The position numbers were made by a program, and so were the translations under genes. From the IMG/VR virus record IMGVR_UViG_3300031994_000060: DNA of 64,000 bases. One strand, given 5' to 3'. This document shows positions 13,576 to 25,984 of the stretch, one piece after another (within the stretch, counting starts at the first letter, position 1; each line of letters starts with the position of its first letter). Origin of the DNA: an uncultured virus (IMG/VR IMGVR_UViG_3300031994_000060). Lineage: Duplodnaviria; Heunggongvirae; Uroviricota; Caudoviricetes. The notes below the pieces were generated by a model that saw nothing but the letters and a program-made list of their open reading frames with translations, did no database searches and had not been told where the DNA came from.

Positions 13576-13790
13576 TTCCAGTACACCACACAGAAGAAAT
13601 ACCTATGATGAATTGTTGAGAATGATATGTCTTTGCAAAATATTGAGATAATGCTTGGACTTGTATGACAAAAGAAGAATATAAGATAAAGCAAGATACA
13701 ATTAATCACAACGTTTTATCAGCTTTATGATGGTCAACAGTAGTTGTCCTCTTAGTAGTTTGAATTATTTATTTATTTAATAGAGATTAG
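13569..13790 (+). CDS. small C-terminal TM protein
   Basis: Hydrophobic C-terminus. Confidence 0.5.
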
Positions 13791-13817
13791 TTAGATTTAT
13801 ATTAGTATATTAAAGTA

Positions 13818-14279
13818 ATGGAGATATTAGATAGAATAGAAGAAAGCTGATTAGATAAGTTAATTAAATTACTAACAGAACATTGCAGAAAGCATTATTG
13901 ATTTAAAGATAATGATGATATAGAAATAGATACTGATAGTGTAAACTTTCATTTATATCATAACTGAAAAAGATTATTCAATATATGAGTAGAAAAAGTG
14001 ATTTATAAAGATTTTTGATTTATCAAATGGTTAGTAGATAATGATAAGATAAAGCTACAAGAAAAAACTGCATTAGTTAATTATTTAGAAGATATATTAT
14101 GATATAAGAGAGAAGATGGCTTACTAATGCTACTATCAATACAAGATAATCCAATAGAGTTCCTAATCTCAATATTGAAAGATAAAAAAGTCAGAACTAT
14201 ATATGTTGATAAAGACTGAAATGTTAGTTGAGATACTAAACAATATTATGATTGTTGAATCAATCTTTTAGATAGTTAG
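13818..14279 (+). CDS. hypothetical protein, paralog family A
   Basis: GFIKWLVDNDKI...LSIQDNPIEFLISILK. Confidence 0.7.
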
Positions 14280-14291
14280 TATATTAAAGTA

Positions 14292-14687
14292 ATGAAAAAA
14301 GAAAATAAAGCTGAAATATATTATCTTAAAGTTCCTACATTTAGAAGAACAGTAGAACTTCATATTGGTTGAGATAAAGAATATTTTGATAAGATGTTTT
14401 GAGAATACTGATATAACTATGATTTAACAACAGGGTTTTTCTGTTTTGATGATAAGAATAATTGTAATATGATATGGTTAAGTGATTATAGTTTATCTAC
14501 TTTAGTACACGAATTATTCCATTGTGTTATATCAATACTAGACCAAATAGGAGAAGATAGAGCTAATTGAGAAGCACCTGCATATATCTATGAAGAATTG
14601 TTTACTAAAATATGGATTAAATGTTGAAATAAGTTTAAGATGGATAAAGATGTTATTAAGTATATAGAGCAGAAAGAAATTATATAA
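14292..14687 (+). CDS. small HExxH zincin-like protein
   Basis: TLVHELFH...EAPAY. Confidence 0.65.
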
Positions 14688-14717
14688 TCAGACTTTTATA
14701 TTATTTAAATTAGACAT

Positions 14718-14945
14718 ATGGAAAAGAAAGAAAGAGAAAACTGAATGGAACGAAAAGCTCATAATTATACCTTAGAATATAAAAATTGGAGATTTACACT
14801 TAATGAATCAGATAGCTGAAATATTTATTTTGTAAATATATACTACAAAGATAATAGCAGTTGAATGTTCGTTAATACAAGAGCAAAGACAGCAGAAGAA
14901 GCAAAAGAACGAGTAGAAAATTTTATCAAAACAGAATTAAAGTAA
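14718..14945 (+). CDS. hypothetical protein
   Basis: Open frame between repeated leaders. Confidence 0.55.
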
Positions 14946-14971
14946 TCAGACTTTTATATTATTTACCTAAG

Positions 14972-15247
14972 ATGAAATTCTACCATTGAACAACTAAAGA
15001 AAATTGGGAAAAGATTAAAGCTGAATGAGTATTACGATGAGTTAGGAATGAGAAACGAATTAAGCATAAAATGAGTAGATGTACCTATCTAGCAGTAGAT
15101 GAAGAAGAAGCTAAGCAATATGGAGAAATAGTCCTAGAAGTAGAGTATGAGCCTAGTAAACATAGTAAGGAAAATAACTATTGTGAATGATGTTGGCAAG
15201 TAAGAGTATATGAGCCGATATCAATAGAAAATGTTAGAGAACTATAA
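14972..15247 (+). CDS. minimal ADP-ribosyltransferase-fold-like protein
   Basis: FYHGT...IKAEG...TYLA...AKQYG..VLEV pattern. Confidence 0.55.
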
Positions 15248-15275
15248 TCTAATTTATATTCTTATTATTTAGAGA

Positions 15276-15851
15276 ATGAACTACATAAACAAAGACAAGA
15301 ACTATATGACAGATGCAGAACGAATAAGATATTTAGAAGAAAGTATTAGAGAGCTTAGGAAAGAGAAAGAAAATCTGAAGAAAGAAAAAGGAGAGCTTAA
15401 ATCAAGGTTAGAAGAAGAAAACAGATTATTAAAGAATGAGATAGCTTGGTTAAAAGACCATACAAAATACAATTATCTTAAAGATGAATTATATATAGAT
15501 TGAACTATGACAGCAACTGAAGCTAAGTTAAGATTAGAACAAGCTAGGCAAAATCAGATTTATGTATCTAATTTAGAAGAAGAAAATAAAGTAATTAAAG
15601 AAGAAAAGGAAATGTTAATTAGACAAAATACATTGTTACAAGAGAGTAATAAAAAGCTGAAAGAGAAAATAGATGAGTTAGAGCGAACTGATGAACAACT
15701 TGCTAAGAAATTAAAATCAGTAGTAAGTGGAGATAATGAACAAATGCATGCTGATGCAGACCAACTATTATCAGACTTTTTGAGAGCTATTTGATATAAT
15801 AAATCAGCAGACCAATACGATGAGATGAGTAAAGATTTCCGATATGCTTAG
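15276..15851 (+). CDS. coiled-coil protein with C-terminal HADAD...WYA domain
   Basis: Track ORFs 15276 and 15507 are in one frame joined by TGA; ends KDF(CGA=W)YA-TAG. Confidence 0.65.
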
Positions 15852-15878
15852 TCAGATTTATTTATTTAATAAAAAGTA

Positions 15879-16193
15879 ATGGACTACAAAATAGGTATAA
15901 CAAATAATATGGAAAATATTAAATTAGAATCTATTGAGGGAAAATTAAGAAAAGAAATAGATCTTATTATACATGAAGAAGTAGGTAAAAGATGTTTTGA
16001 TATAGCAAGACAACGTGATTTTCGAGAGAATAAATATGTAAATTTAAGAGATGAATATATAGATAAATATACAGATGTAACTGTTGAAAGAGATATGCGA
16101 AAATCAAAAGCAAAAACTTATGCTTTTTGGTTGACTATATGGATTGTGTTTACTGTTATATTAACATTTATTTCTATCTTGAAAATCAAATAA
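15879..16193 (+). CDS. C-terminal TM protein
   Basis: Track ORF; hydrophobic tail. Confidence 0.65.
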   Translation: MDYKIGITNNMENIKLESIEGKLRKEIDLIIHEEVGKRCFDIARQRDFRENKYVNLRDEYIDKYTDVTVERDMRKSKAKTYAFWLTIWIVFTVILTFISILKIK

Positions 16194-16243
16194 CCATTTA
16201 TATATTTTATGTAGGACACTTTTTAGTTCCTATATAAATATAA

Positions 16244-16540
16244 ATGGACAAATACGAAAGAAGAGAATTACACGAAGAACTTAATGCTTTATCAGAGTTC
16301 GAAGAACAAAACAAAGAAAGGATGCAAGAAATTGCTAAGGTATTAGTTGATGACTATATACCTAAAAACAAAGATGATTATGAGTTTAAAGATCTCAGAA
16401 TATGCAAACATGGGATCCAGAGGCAGAGTTGCCATAACTGTTTAGGCGAATGGAATTGCCATTTAGAAGATATAAAGGACGCGAATGAAAGAAACAATAT
16501 ATTGAGTGATGTACACGACTGATCGCATTGAAGCGAATAA
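16244..16540 (+). CDS. hypothetical protein with CKH...CHNC metal-binding motif
   Basis: Track ORF extended through TGA. Confidence 0.6.
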
Positions 16541-17861
16541 ATATAGATTTGTTGATAGAAGTATTAATCGATGAGCTAAAAAAAGCTGAACGATGTATAC
16601 TAAATATGTAAACTTATTTCATTATGATAAGAAAACTAAAACATATTATTTACCACCTGTAACTTGGAAAGATACTAAAGCACAGTTTGGTTTTAGTTAT
16701 GAAATATCTATCAAACCAATTATGAAGCTTTGGGAATGACAACAGAAAACTGTTGATTATTGTGTCAGATCATTTTGACAATGAGTATCTTCTATATTAA
16801 TTGTATCTGAAACAGCTACTTGAAAATCAATTCAGATGCTTTGATTGGTTGATGCTTTTAAATGTCCTACATTAATAGTTGTTCCATCAGAAGCAATTGG
16901 ATTAGGTATTCAAGAAAAGTTACAACCATACTGTGATGCACAGTATCTTGATTGATCAAAGATCAGAAAAGCTTTTGATAAACAGAAACTTCCAGATGTT
17001 CTAATAACTCATAGACAATCAGCTGTAAATTGTTGGGATATCATTAATTGAAAATATGATCTTATGTTAAATGATGAGCAACATCATCTATCTGAATGAA
17101 TGAAGATGATGTGTAATACATGGGAAGGTAGAGGTATTATCTGATTAACGGGAACACCATTTCGTAAAGAAATGACACAACAAGATTTTTTATTATATTT
17201 TCAAAAGATTTATGAAACTTGACTTAAGTCACTTCCTGTTCGTGTGCTTACTCATAGATATAATCATACCTATTCTATGTCGGATTTTATGGAAGCTTCG
17301 AAAGGATTAGAGCCAGAAAGCCCAGAAGTATTAAGGCGTTTGGTTAATAATAATAATGACAAAATTTTCGACTTGAAAAACGTTGTGGGAAAGTTATATC
17401 ACAAATGTGGATTTAAGAGAATAATGGTTTTTGTAGACAGAAGAGAGTATCAAGAAAAGATTAAAGAGTTAATATTTCCAAATGCAATACTTATAAATTG
17501 AGACACTGATAAAGAAAAAGTCCTAGAGGAGCTTAAATCCAAAGACGAATTCTTGATCATAGGTATGGTTACAGCAAGTTGAGAATGATTTGATGTACCT
17601 AGAATAGAGGTATGAATTCTATTCTTTAGTACAACATGGGCTGGATCAATAGAACAAATGGTATGAAGAGCTAAAAGATTTGCTGATGGTAAAGAATATG
17701 CCTATTGGGTTGATGTTCAAGAACATTCAAAAATTGAACCAGACCAATACAAATGATTCTGAATGAGTGAAAGACTAAAACTATACAGGGAACGTTGATG
17801 GCCTGTAGTGACATTAGACAGTTATATCAATAGTCTGTCAAACAAAACCAAGCTTTTTTAG
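16485..17861 (+). CDS. superfamily 2 DExH helicase
   Basis: Motif I ETATGKS, II NDEQHH, III GLTGTP, V GEGFDVP, VI QMVGRAKR. Confidence 0.9.
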
Positions 17862-17874
17862 TTTGATAGATTTA

Positions 17875-18702
17875 ATGTCGATTGTACTTTCACCTTCATC
17901 ATTCTGAGGGTTCATGCAATGTCCATATAAACGGAAGAATTCTGTGTATGACGCTGATCCTAGGAATACTGCTCATTGAGCACTTGCAAACGCAGCAGCA
18001 GCTGCAGCAATTTCTTGAACAGATAATAAACTTTGACCACGATTAAGATACTACGATAATTATATTAATGCTAAAGTAGATAAGAAAAAACAAATCAAAA
18101 CTGATATATTGAAAACAGGTATGTGAAAACTTTATAAATTTTTTAAACAATATATTACACCTGATTATCAATTATGGCAAGAAATGAAGTTTGAATATCC
18201 ATGGGATTATGATGAAGAAGATGTATGGATTTCTTGACAACCTGATGTAATTATTCTTTATAATAATCCAAATAAAGAAGATAAGATTGTTGCTGAAGTT
18301 ATTGATATTAAATGCTGAAAGACTTCATGGTATGATAAACCAGATATCTGGAGAGAAAACAGCCAACGATATTTTTATCCCTGGTTTGTGTTTACTCATT
18401 TCTGACAAGAGATTATGCTTACAGGAATAGATAAACCATTAGTTAAATTTACATTTGCTGTTATTGATAAATGAACTTGAGATCTACAATTCTTTTCTAA
18501 GACAATGGATGAATATACTGTAGATATCCAAATGAAAGAACATATAAAACAATTCAGAGAACTCCAAAAACAAAACCTAGACAAAAAAGATTATCCTGCT
18601 ACAAAGTGTAGAGGTTGTGCATTCTGCGAATTTATCGATTCTTGTCCTTTGAAGACTGCAGAAGTTTCAGTTACTAACGAAGAATTAGATGACCTCTTTT
18701 AA
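17875..18702 (+). CDS. Cas4-like PD-(D/E)XK nuclease with Cys cluster
   Basis: LSPSS...CPYKW, GQPD, IDIKCGK, C-terminal CRGCAFCEFIDSCP. Confidence 0.8.
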
Positions 18703-19105
18703 ATCTGAATTCGAATTCCAATCAGCCTTAATTAGAAGGCTAAAAAAGATGGGGATGTACTGTCGTAACATCCCTGATATTGGTAATACAAAAAAACCAT
18801 TTGACCTCTCAGTAAATTACAAAGGCAAATGATGAGCTTTCGAACTCAAAATAGATAAATCTAAAAGCGATCCTACCCCTGATCGCATATATAAAAAATT
18901 GTATCCTCACCAAGTAGCAAACCTACGAGAATTCAAATCTTGAAAAAGTCAATGAATTTCAAAAGTATTTGCGTATCATGGTTGTACAAATTCAGTGTGG
19001 ATCTACGACATAATAAATGAGAATGACCAGTTCTCACTTGAGTTTATTACAAATTTTGATCGAGATTCAGATATCTTGGAAAGAGAAATGGAATTGATTT
19101 TTTAA
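18689..19105 (+). CDS. Holliday-junction-resolvase-like PD-(D/E)XK endonuclease
   Basis: EFEFQ, KPFD, AFELK, LYPHQ. Confidence 0.7.
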
Positions 19106-19127
19106 TTTTATTTTGTAATTTATCATC

Positions 19128-19322
19128 ATGACTGATACAAAAATTACCATCTATGTTGATTGAACCTATTTAATAAAGCAAGAAGAATATCCAGATTGAA
19201 CTATTAAATTTTTTGCTAAACAAGTGTTAGATAGTGAAACACGGGAAGAGATCATGTATGGGTGGTCTAATGTAGAAGCATCTTCTGTTACAGAAGTAAA
19301 AGACCTTTTAACTTCTAAATAA
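19128..19322 (+). CDS. hypothetical protein
   Basis: Open frame with typical leader. Confidence 0.5.
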
Positions 19323-19608
19323 AAGAACTATGGAAAAAAAGACCCCTAAAGTTTGAGAAAAGATTGTTCTCAAAATTTATTGATCAACCGTACAGGTGTT
19401 GGTAACTCATCTAACAAAAATCAAAGATGGGTATAAATTCAAATGAGTTATTAAATGTAAAGACTATGATAAAGACAAGAACTGAAAAGAAGTTGTAAGA
19501 GAAGATAAACCACCATTTAGATTTCTACATAACGAACTGAGTATCGAATGACATATAGATGAGTATGGTAATCGATGAAAATAGTTTTTATTTTGTACCC
19601 AATATATA

Positions 19609-20193
19609 ATGTTCTTAAGAAAACAATCACGAAAAGATTTTAGCTGATTTATTAAGGCGGCTAAAGTTGAGACGGAGTTGCTAAGAGAAACGAACAAGTT
19701 TCTTAAGAATGCAACGAACCTTAATCCTTTAATGAAATGGTATAAAAGAAAGTTCTGGTATTCATCACCAAAGTGATTACTTATGGATGCTGAGATCAGG
19801 CAGATCAATATTCAGATTGATCAAGATGGTGTTCATATCCAATGATATGGAACTGATGGTGTGCTGTATGATGAGTTAGCATTCTTTGATAAAGAATCTG
19901 CTCAAGATATGGCTGAACTTGTTGCTGGTACATATATAAAAGATTTGGAACATGATAAAGAATTTTATAAAGACATGTTAGATAGGACAGAGAAAGCAAT
20001 AGAGTATGCTAAACTTCCACCAGAATGAAAGAAGAATGCAATGTTGCCAGAATCTGAGACTATGACTAAAATTGATCCTATTGAATGAACAGATCTAGCT
20101 TGGCAAACTACTATGCCAAAAGAAGTTTTATCTACTAACACAAAGACCAAATGAAGAAAACCAAGGAAGCAATCCAAGAAAAAGGCTCAATAA
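19609..20193 (+). CDS. hypothetical protein
   Basis: 194 aa frame. Confidence 0.65.
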
Positions 20194-20201
20194 CTAAATG
20201 A

Positions 20202-20534
20202 ATGTATGTGAAAGAGTCACAATGATTACCTGTAATTTATACTCCATTCCAAGATATAGAAGCTTTTTGTTCTATATATTGTAGAGGTAAAGACGGTATA
20301 CCATTGATCATAAATCAAATGATGCATAAATTAGAAGAAGAAATATTAAGTAAAAAAGAAAACTGATGAGCAGATTTATCTGAAAGAGAGAAGCTTGAAG
20401 TTCAAATACAGGCAGGTAGAGAGGCTCAAAGAATATGGAATTTCTTTTGGGATTCGGCTATGGAAGTGAATGCCTATTGAAAGTTCCCTTTTATTATTCG
20501 TATGAGACATTGGAAAGATAAGAAAAAAGAGTAG
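20202..20534 (+). CDS. hypothetical protein
   Basis: Open frame. Confidence 0.55.
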
Positions 20535-20561
20535 GATTTTATCTAAATAAATAACACCGTT

Positions 20562-23189
20562 ATGGACGAAACATTAAAGAAGAGACAGGAAGAATTCCTA
20601 TCTCACTTCCCCGGATATCGGTGGAAGTTGTTCCCGGATCAACGTGTTAAATGAAAGATAATTTCTCCTAATAAAAATCGTACTCTTGAAGAAGTATTAG
20701 AATTAAACAGACAAAATCCATCTTGATTGTATTTTACTCCGAATGGTAGATTCGAAGATATGAATTCAATCGGATGAATGTGTATGTTACAAAATCCTTC
20801 TGCTACTTCTTGAATGAATGCATATGTCTTAGATTTCAATCTCATAAAGTTCCAAGACAAAACTATGGAAACTTTATTAGCATACATATTAGATGTATGT
20901 GAAAAGAGATTAATCATTAAGCGAAGATATATAGTAAGGACACAAAAGTGATATCATGTATATTTCGTGATAAAACATGAAGATCGTGATACAGCTTTCG
21001 CATCATATTGATATGAGCAATTAAAGATTGTAAAACATATGGCTGAACAGCTATGAGCCGACACCAGCACAAAAGTTACAAGTAATATTGCTTCGTTGTT
21101 CCGTATACCATATAGTGTATATCGGGATCTAACTGAGCCTAGATTTGTAGAAATTGTTAGATTTCAGGATGAGTATATTAATATTGATCAAATAGATGCC
21201 TTATGGAATTATTTATCAAAGTATGAAGATTCTGTTAGAGCAGAAAAGAAAGCATTCCAATGATCAAATTGAGCTAGATATCGTAACTTCTCTAGCATGA
21301 AGATTAAAGATGTTATTGATAAGCTTAATGCAATGGAATGAGGTATTATTAAAGATCCTATATATTCTAACAATAATACAGTATTAGGTCGTATATGAGA
21401 TGATCTTTACGAACATCCGGCTTGAAGAGCATATCAGATTGTTTGGTTCGCCAATCACTGAGATTCTGTTGCTACAAGAACGATGCTTAATAAAGACTTT
21501 TGAATAAGAGAATTATCTAAAGATTGAACAGGGAATATTGTAAAGATTATTGAATGAAATGGTTATGTGATATCGTTCTTCGAAACGACCGTTCAATTAA
21601 AAAGTTTCGAGGCGAATAATAAATGAGATATAATAGAGAAAACAAAAACTATATTCCGTAACAATATTGAAGTTAGATGAAAATGAGTAACTACAAATAA
21701 TAGAATGGGTGAATGAGATGTTGATAAAAGAATCTATATCTTCATGGTTAATTGAGAAGAAAAGATTATTCAACAAATTCCTAATAAGAGATCATTCAAT
21801 ATGCAATACCCAGAACTATTCTTCTATGGTGATGATAATGATTTGTGATTATTCTTTCATGGACTAAATAATTGCGATGATATAGAGACAATAAATATAT
21901 ATGAAAGAAGTTGATATTATGATGATATATGTGTCTTATGAGATAGATGTATCGTATGATATCTATGAGATAATAAAGTTATGCTTTGAACAAATGAATT
22001 TGATATAGCTGATGAAGCTGATCAAATATCTGCAGCTGAGTATCTTGAGAGATTTAAAGAATGTTATGTCGAAGAATTCTCAATACCGGTATTCCTATCT
22101 GCATTAGCATTAGCTTGAATGAATCTATGGAATTCATTAGAAGTTAATCCTGCAATGTTGATAGCTGGTAAAACAGGTTGCTGAAAATCTACGGTAGCTG
22201 CATTGTTAAAAAGAATGTTATGATATGCACCAACAGTTAGAGAAATGGCATTACCGGGTATTACACCTCAACCATTAAAACAAACTGCTAGTGATAATGC
22301 AATCTTATTCTTAGAGGAACTTACAAATAGAGTAGGTCCTGCTACAGAAGAGTTGCTTAGAAATATCGTTAACAGAGATAAAGCAGCTAGAGGTTGACTT
22401 GAATGAAATACTTGGTGGGCTTTCAGATCTCCATTATGGGTAAACTGAGAAAGAACATTCAAGGATGAATCATTGAACAATAGATTCTGTTCATTCATAA
22501 TGTCGCCTGGTTATTGGAAAGAATGAGCTGTAGAGAAATTAAATGATTTACAAAGATATACTGCATATGAAGATGTGTATAATACATATGTAAATAACCA
22601 AGATCTATTACAGAGTTTAGTTATCAAGTATAAAAATATGTTGCTTGATAAATGATACCCTGCTAGATCTTGTGATGTATGGTGTTATATCTTTGTAGTA
22701 AACGATATCTTTAACTTTAAGTATTCGTTTGAACAATTATGTAAATATGTAGATACTCATCTATCTAATACATGATTGAAAGAGGCTAAATCATTTGATT
22801 CAATATTAGCTTTTGAAAGATTTATAACTGTTAATGTTATCAATAAAAAGATAAACATGACAGTACAAGATTACAGAGATAATATTGATTGAGAAGAAAG
22901 ACCTTGTTTAATGTTCAATTTATTGTTTATTGATGATACTATCTATCAAACACATAGATGAGCATTGAATTCAACGATAGCTGAGATAAATAGGAAATAT
23001 TGAGAAAGATTGTTTGAAGTGGATGAATGAGGTATTATGTGATATATGTGTGACGCTAGAACAACTTGAGGAAAACATATAAGAAATTGTGACCAATTTA
23101 TGGCAGATATGTTCTGAAGAATTGTTACAGTATTACCTTGAAATATCACATGAAACAATCATTCACTTATGAAAATAGACCGAGTATAA
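20562..23189 (+). CDS. AEP/RepB-like primase fused to P-loop helicase
   Basis: GLYFTPN, VLDFN, RTQKGYHVYF, LFRIPYS; Walker A GKTGCGKST; Walker B LFLEE; 875 aa. Confidence 0.8.
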
Positions 23190-23208
23190 TTTTAGATTCT
23201 ATTACACT

Positions 23209-23399
23209 ATGGAGAAGATATTATTAAAGAAAACACTTCTCATTCCTCAAGTTACTAAACTTAAGGAATGAGGAGATAGTATCGATAATTCACTTCCCGA
23301 GATCGAGAAAGTGATTTATTGAGAATTCTGTATATGAGAACTCAGTATTGATCTTAATCCTGTATGATGAAGATTCTTTGATTCAGTTGAAGAACTTAA
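23209..23399 (+). CDS. hypothetical protein
   Basis: Short open frame; end coordinate approximate. Confidence 0.4.
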
Positions 23400-23499
23400 T
23401 AAAGCATTAGGAACAGATCATAATGCTAAGTATGCAGTAGATTATAACGACATGATTGCTACAAAAAATAGAACGTTTGGTAATTTTATGAGAAATAAT

Positions 23500-23527
23500 T
23501 TGTAAATAAAAAAAATATATATAAACT
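23500..23527 (+). promoter_or_regulatory. sigma70-like promoter TTGTAA-N16-TAAACT
   Basis: Matches the recurring phage promoter pattern; upstream of lysozyme-like gene. Confidence 0.65.
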
Positions 23528-23612
23528 TATAGTACAAGCAACAGATCGGCACCACTCTTTATTTGTTGTACCTTAGGGTTCGAGTGGGAAGATTTATTTG
23601 TTAATATATAGC

Positions 23613-24170
23613 ATGAGTCTATTAAAGCGAATCTTGTGATTTATTCTAGCTCTAGCTATCTTATGATGGTTTACTGCTAGAAGTGACGCAAGTTATTCAC
23701 TATCTACGGAAGACCGAAGTAATCTTTCAATTACTGAGGCTTTCCAATTAGAGGTAGTTAATAAAATCAATGCTGTTGTTTGAAGTGAAACGATCGCCGA
23801 AGCAATAGTAGTTGGATGTATGAATCACACTGAAAATTACATGAAGTGTATGAGACATACATTTGGTGTGGCAAACGCCGAGAGTTCGTTATTTAAGAAC
23901 GTAAGTTCAAAAAATAATGCATTCTGAATTATGGAAAGAGTATGTGGTAAGAAACCTTGGTGAGAATATTCGTGTTCTTATAGGGTTAAATCCTATTCTT
24001 CAGTAGAAGAATCGGTAATTGATTTCATAAAAAAATACGAAAAGAACAAATGGTATACTAGAGATTCAGGTCAGGCATGGTTGGACGGGAAGTATTGCAC
24101 TTCACAGTGTTCAAGTTGGATACCTGCGTATAATGATTGAATGGCTGAGTTCGACTTAAGCCTTATCTAA
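23613..24170 (+). CDS. lysozyme-fold (glucosaminidase-like) endolysin candidate with N-terminal TM/signal
   Basis: MSLLKWILGFILALAILGW; VANAESS (catalytic E), NNAFGI, YSSVEESV. Confidence 0.65.
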
Positions 24171-24220
24171 TCTAACTAGATTTGTTGCTTGTAAATTTAT
24201 ATTAAAAACCAACGATCACG

Positions 24221-24844
24221 ATGCTTAAAAAAGGACATGAATTTGACACATTAGTGTTTAATGAACTAGACTTAGTTCGAAAAACATATCTCAATGTTCC
24301 TAATGGAATAAAGAGATTTTGAAGTAGAAAGAATAGAAGACCAAAACTTATCCATATTTATGGATGAGAGGATTTTCTTAAAGCGTTAGAAAAAAGTATT
24401 GATTCTAACCCACTTATGCGTATCATTTTAGATACTATAGGTGAACCAGATTTAAGATATTTTCCAATCTATTCTAGGAATAATCAGTGATATAGAAGAA
24501 GATCATCAAAAACAACTTGGGATATTTGAACATATTACGATAGAGTTAATAGAGTTCGAGATTACGAGAACAATAAAATAGACTTTTTCCTAGATAAAGT
24601 AGTTGGTTGATATCCGCCTATTCTCAGTTGGTTGTATACCGAAAGACCTACAACAGACGATAAATGAGATTTATTAATTTATTTCATAAGGAAACGATAT
24701 GCGAATAAGAAGATCAGTTCCACAGAAACCGTTAACTGAGGAACAGAAACAGAGAGCACTTGAGGCTCAGAAGAGATTTATACAGACACAAACTCAGGTA
24801 CCTCAATATCAGATGTATCAGAGCCAGCAGAGTCCAATCTCTAG
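24221..24844 (+). CDS. hypothetical protein
   Basis: Open frame; 3' end overlaps next gene by ~146 nt. Confidence 0.55.
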
Positions 24845-25388
24845 TACATGAAGCCGTTATCCATTTAATTCAATGGATAGATCTTTCATGATGAATAAGA
24901 AAATGAGTTTTGAAGAAAAGTATTGAGTATATAATAATCCACAAAAAGAGACAGTTGTTGAGTTCAAAGAAACTCCAGTTGTTGATAATGAAGACTTTGT
25001 TGTACCACCTTCATTAGAAGAAGATCCTAATCAAGCTTCTCCATTACCTCCTGGTGTACATAATGTATCTGAAGAAGATGATCTTGATGCTTATATCAAA
25101 CAAGCAGAAGAATTGAAGAAAGCTACTGAAGAAGAGAATTCCATTCAAGAAGATGCTATTGATATGAGTGTGTTAGAAAAAGATGAATGATTAGGTGCTA
25201 TGGATATTATGATATTAGAGGAAACTTTATCTGCATTATCTGTTAAAGAATTAAAACAAGAATATGTAGATAAATGAGGTACTCGTGATATATCGCATAA
25301 TAACAATAAGAAGAATATTATTAATTTAATTCTTGAATTAATAGCTAATGGCACACAACAAAAAGAAGAATGATCAACAAACTGATAA
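24699..25388 (+). CDS. low-complexity acidic protein with C-terminal helical (Rho-N/HeH-like) segment
   Basis: Q/E/P-rich; LSALSVKELKQ...KKNIINLIL. Confidence 0.6.
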
Positions 25389-25776
25389 AATGGATAAGCT
25401 TATTGATCTTGTTGCATGATTAGCTACTGAAGTTAAGAATATGAAACAAGAACTCAATGAAGTAAAATCTTGAAATATTCAGCCACAAGTTGAGATTATA
25501 CCTGAGGTTATAAGCGCTGAGGATATGGAATACCAAAAGAAGTTCCAATGATGATTATGATGATCCGTAGAAGTCAAGAGAGAAACACCATATAAAGTTA
25601 TTCCTATTGAATCTATCGTACGTGATGAATCATATCTAGATCCTTCAAGACAGTGAATAAAGAAAATTTACAGATGAATTGGTAAGACATTCCCTAACAA
25701 GAAACTCGCTACTGAGTATCTTGAGGCCGCACAGAAGAGAAATCCAGGTCAACAGTATGATATATTTCCTGTATAA
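25348..25776 (+). CDS. hypothetical protein
   Basis: Open frame. Confidence 0.6.
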
Positions 25777-25799
25777 TTTTATTTCTTAATTATAATATA

Positions 25800-25961
25800 A
25801 TGCCAGGAGCATTTAAAAGATTAGCTTGAAAGCTAAGAAGACAAGGACATTCAGCAAAGTCAGCAAATGCTATTGCTGCTTCAATATGAAGAAAAAAGTA
25901 TTGAAAGGCTGGAATGGCTAGAAAAGCTGCCGCTTGAAGAAGAAGAGCTGCTAGAAGATAA
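25800..25961 (+). CDS. small very basic protein (AASIGRKKYG...AAAGRRR)
   Basis: 53 aa, R/K/A/G-rich, no acidic residues. Confidence 0.7.
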
Positions 25962-25984
25962 TTTATATTTGTAATTATATATTA

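Noticed and set aside
17875..18702. CRISPR-associated cas4
   Set aside because: No cas1/cas2 or array is present; it is a stand-alone phage nuclease in the replication module.
23575..23590. tRNA suggested by GGTTCGA
   Set aside because: No T-stem, acceptor stem or cloverleaf can be built, and I recognised no tRNA elsewhere in the window.
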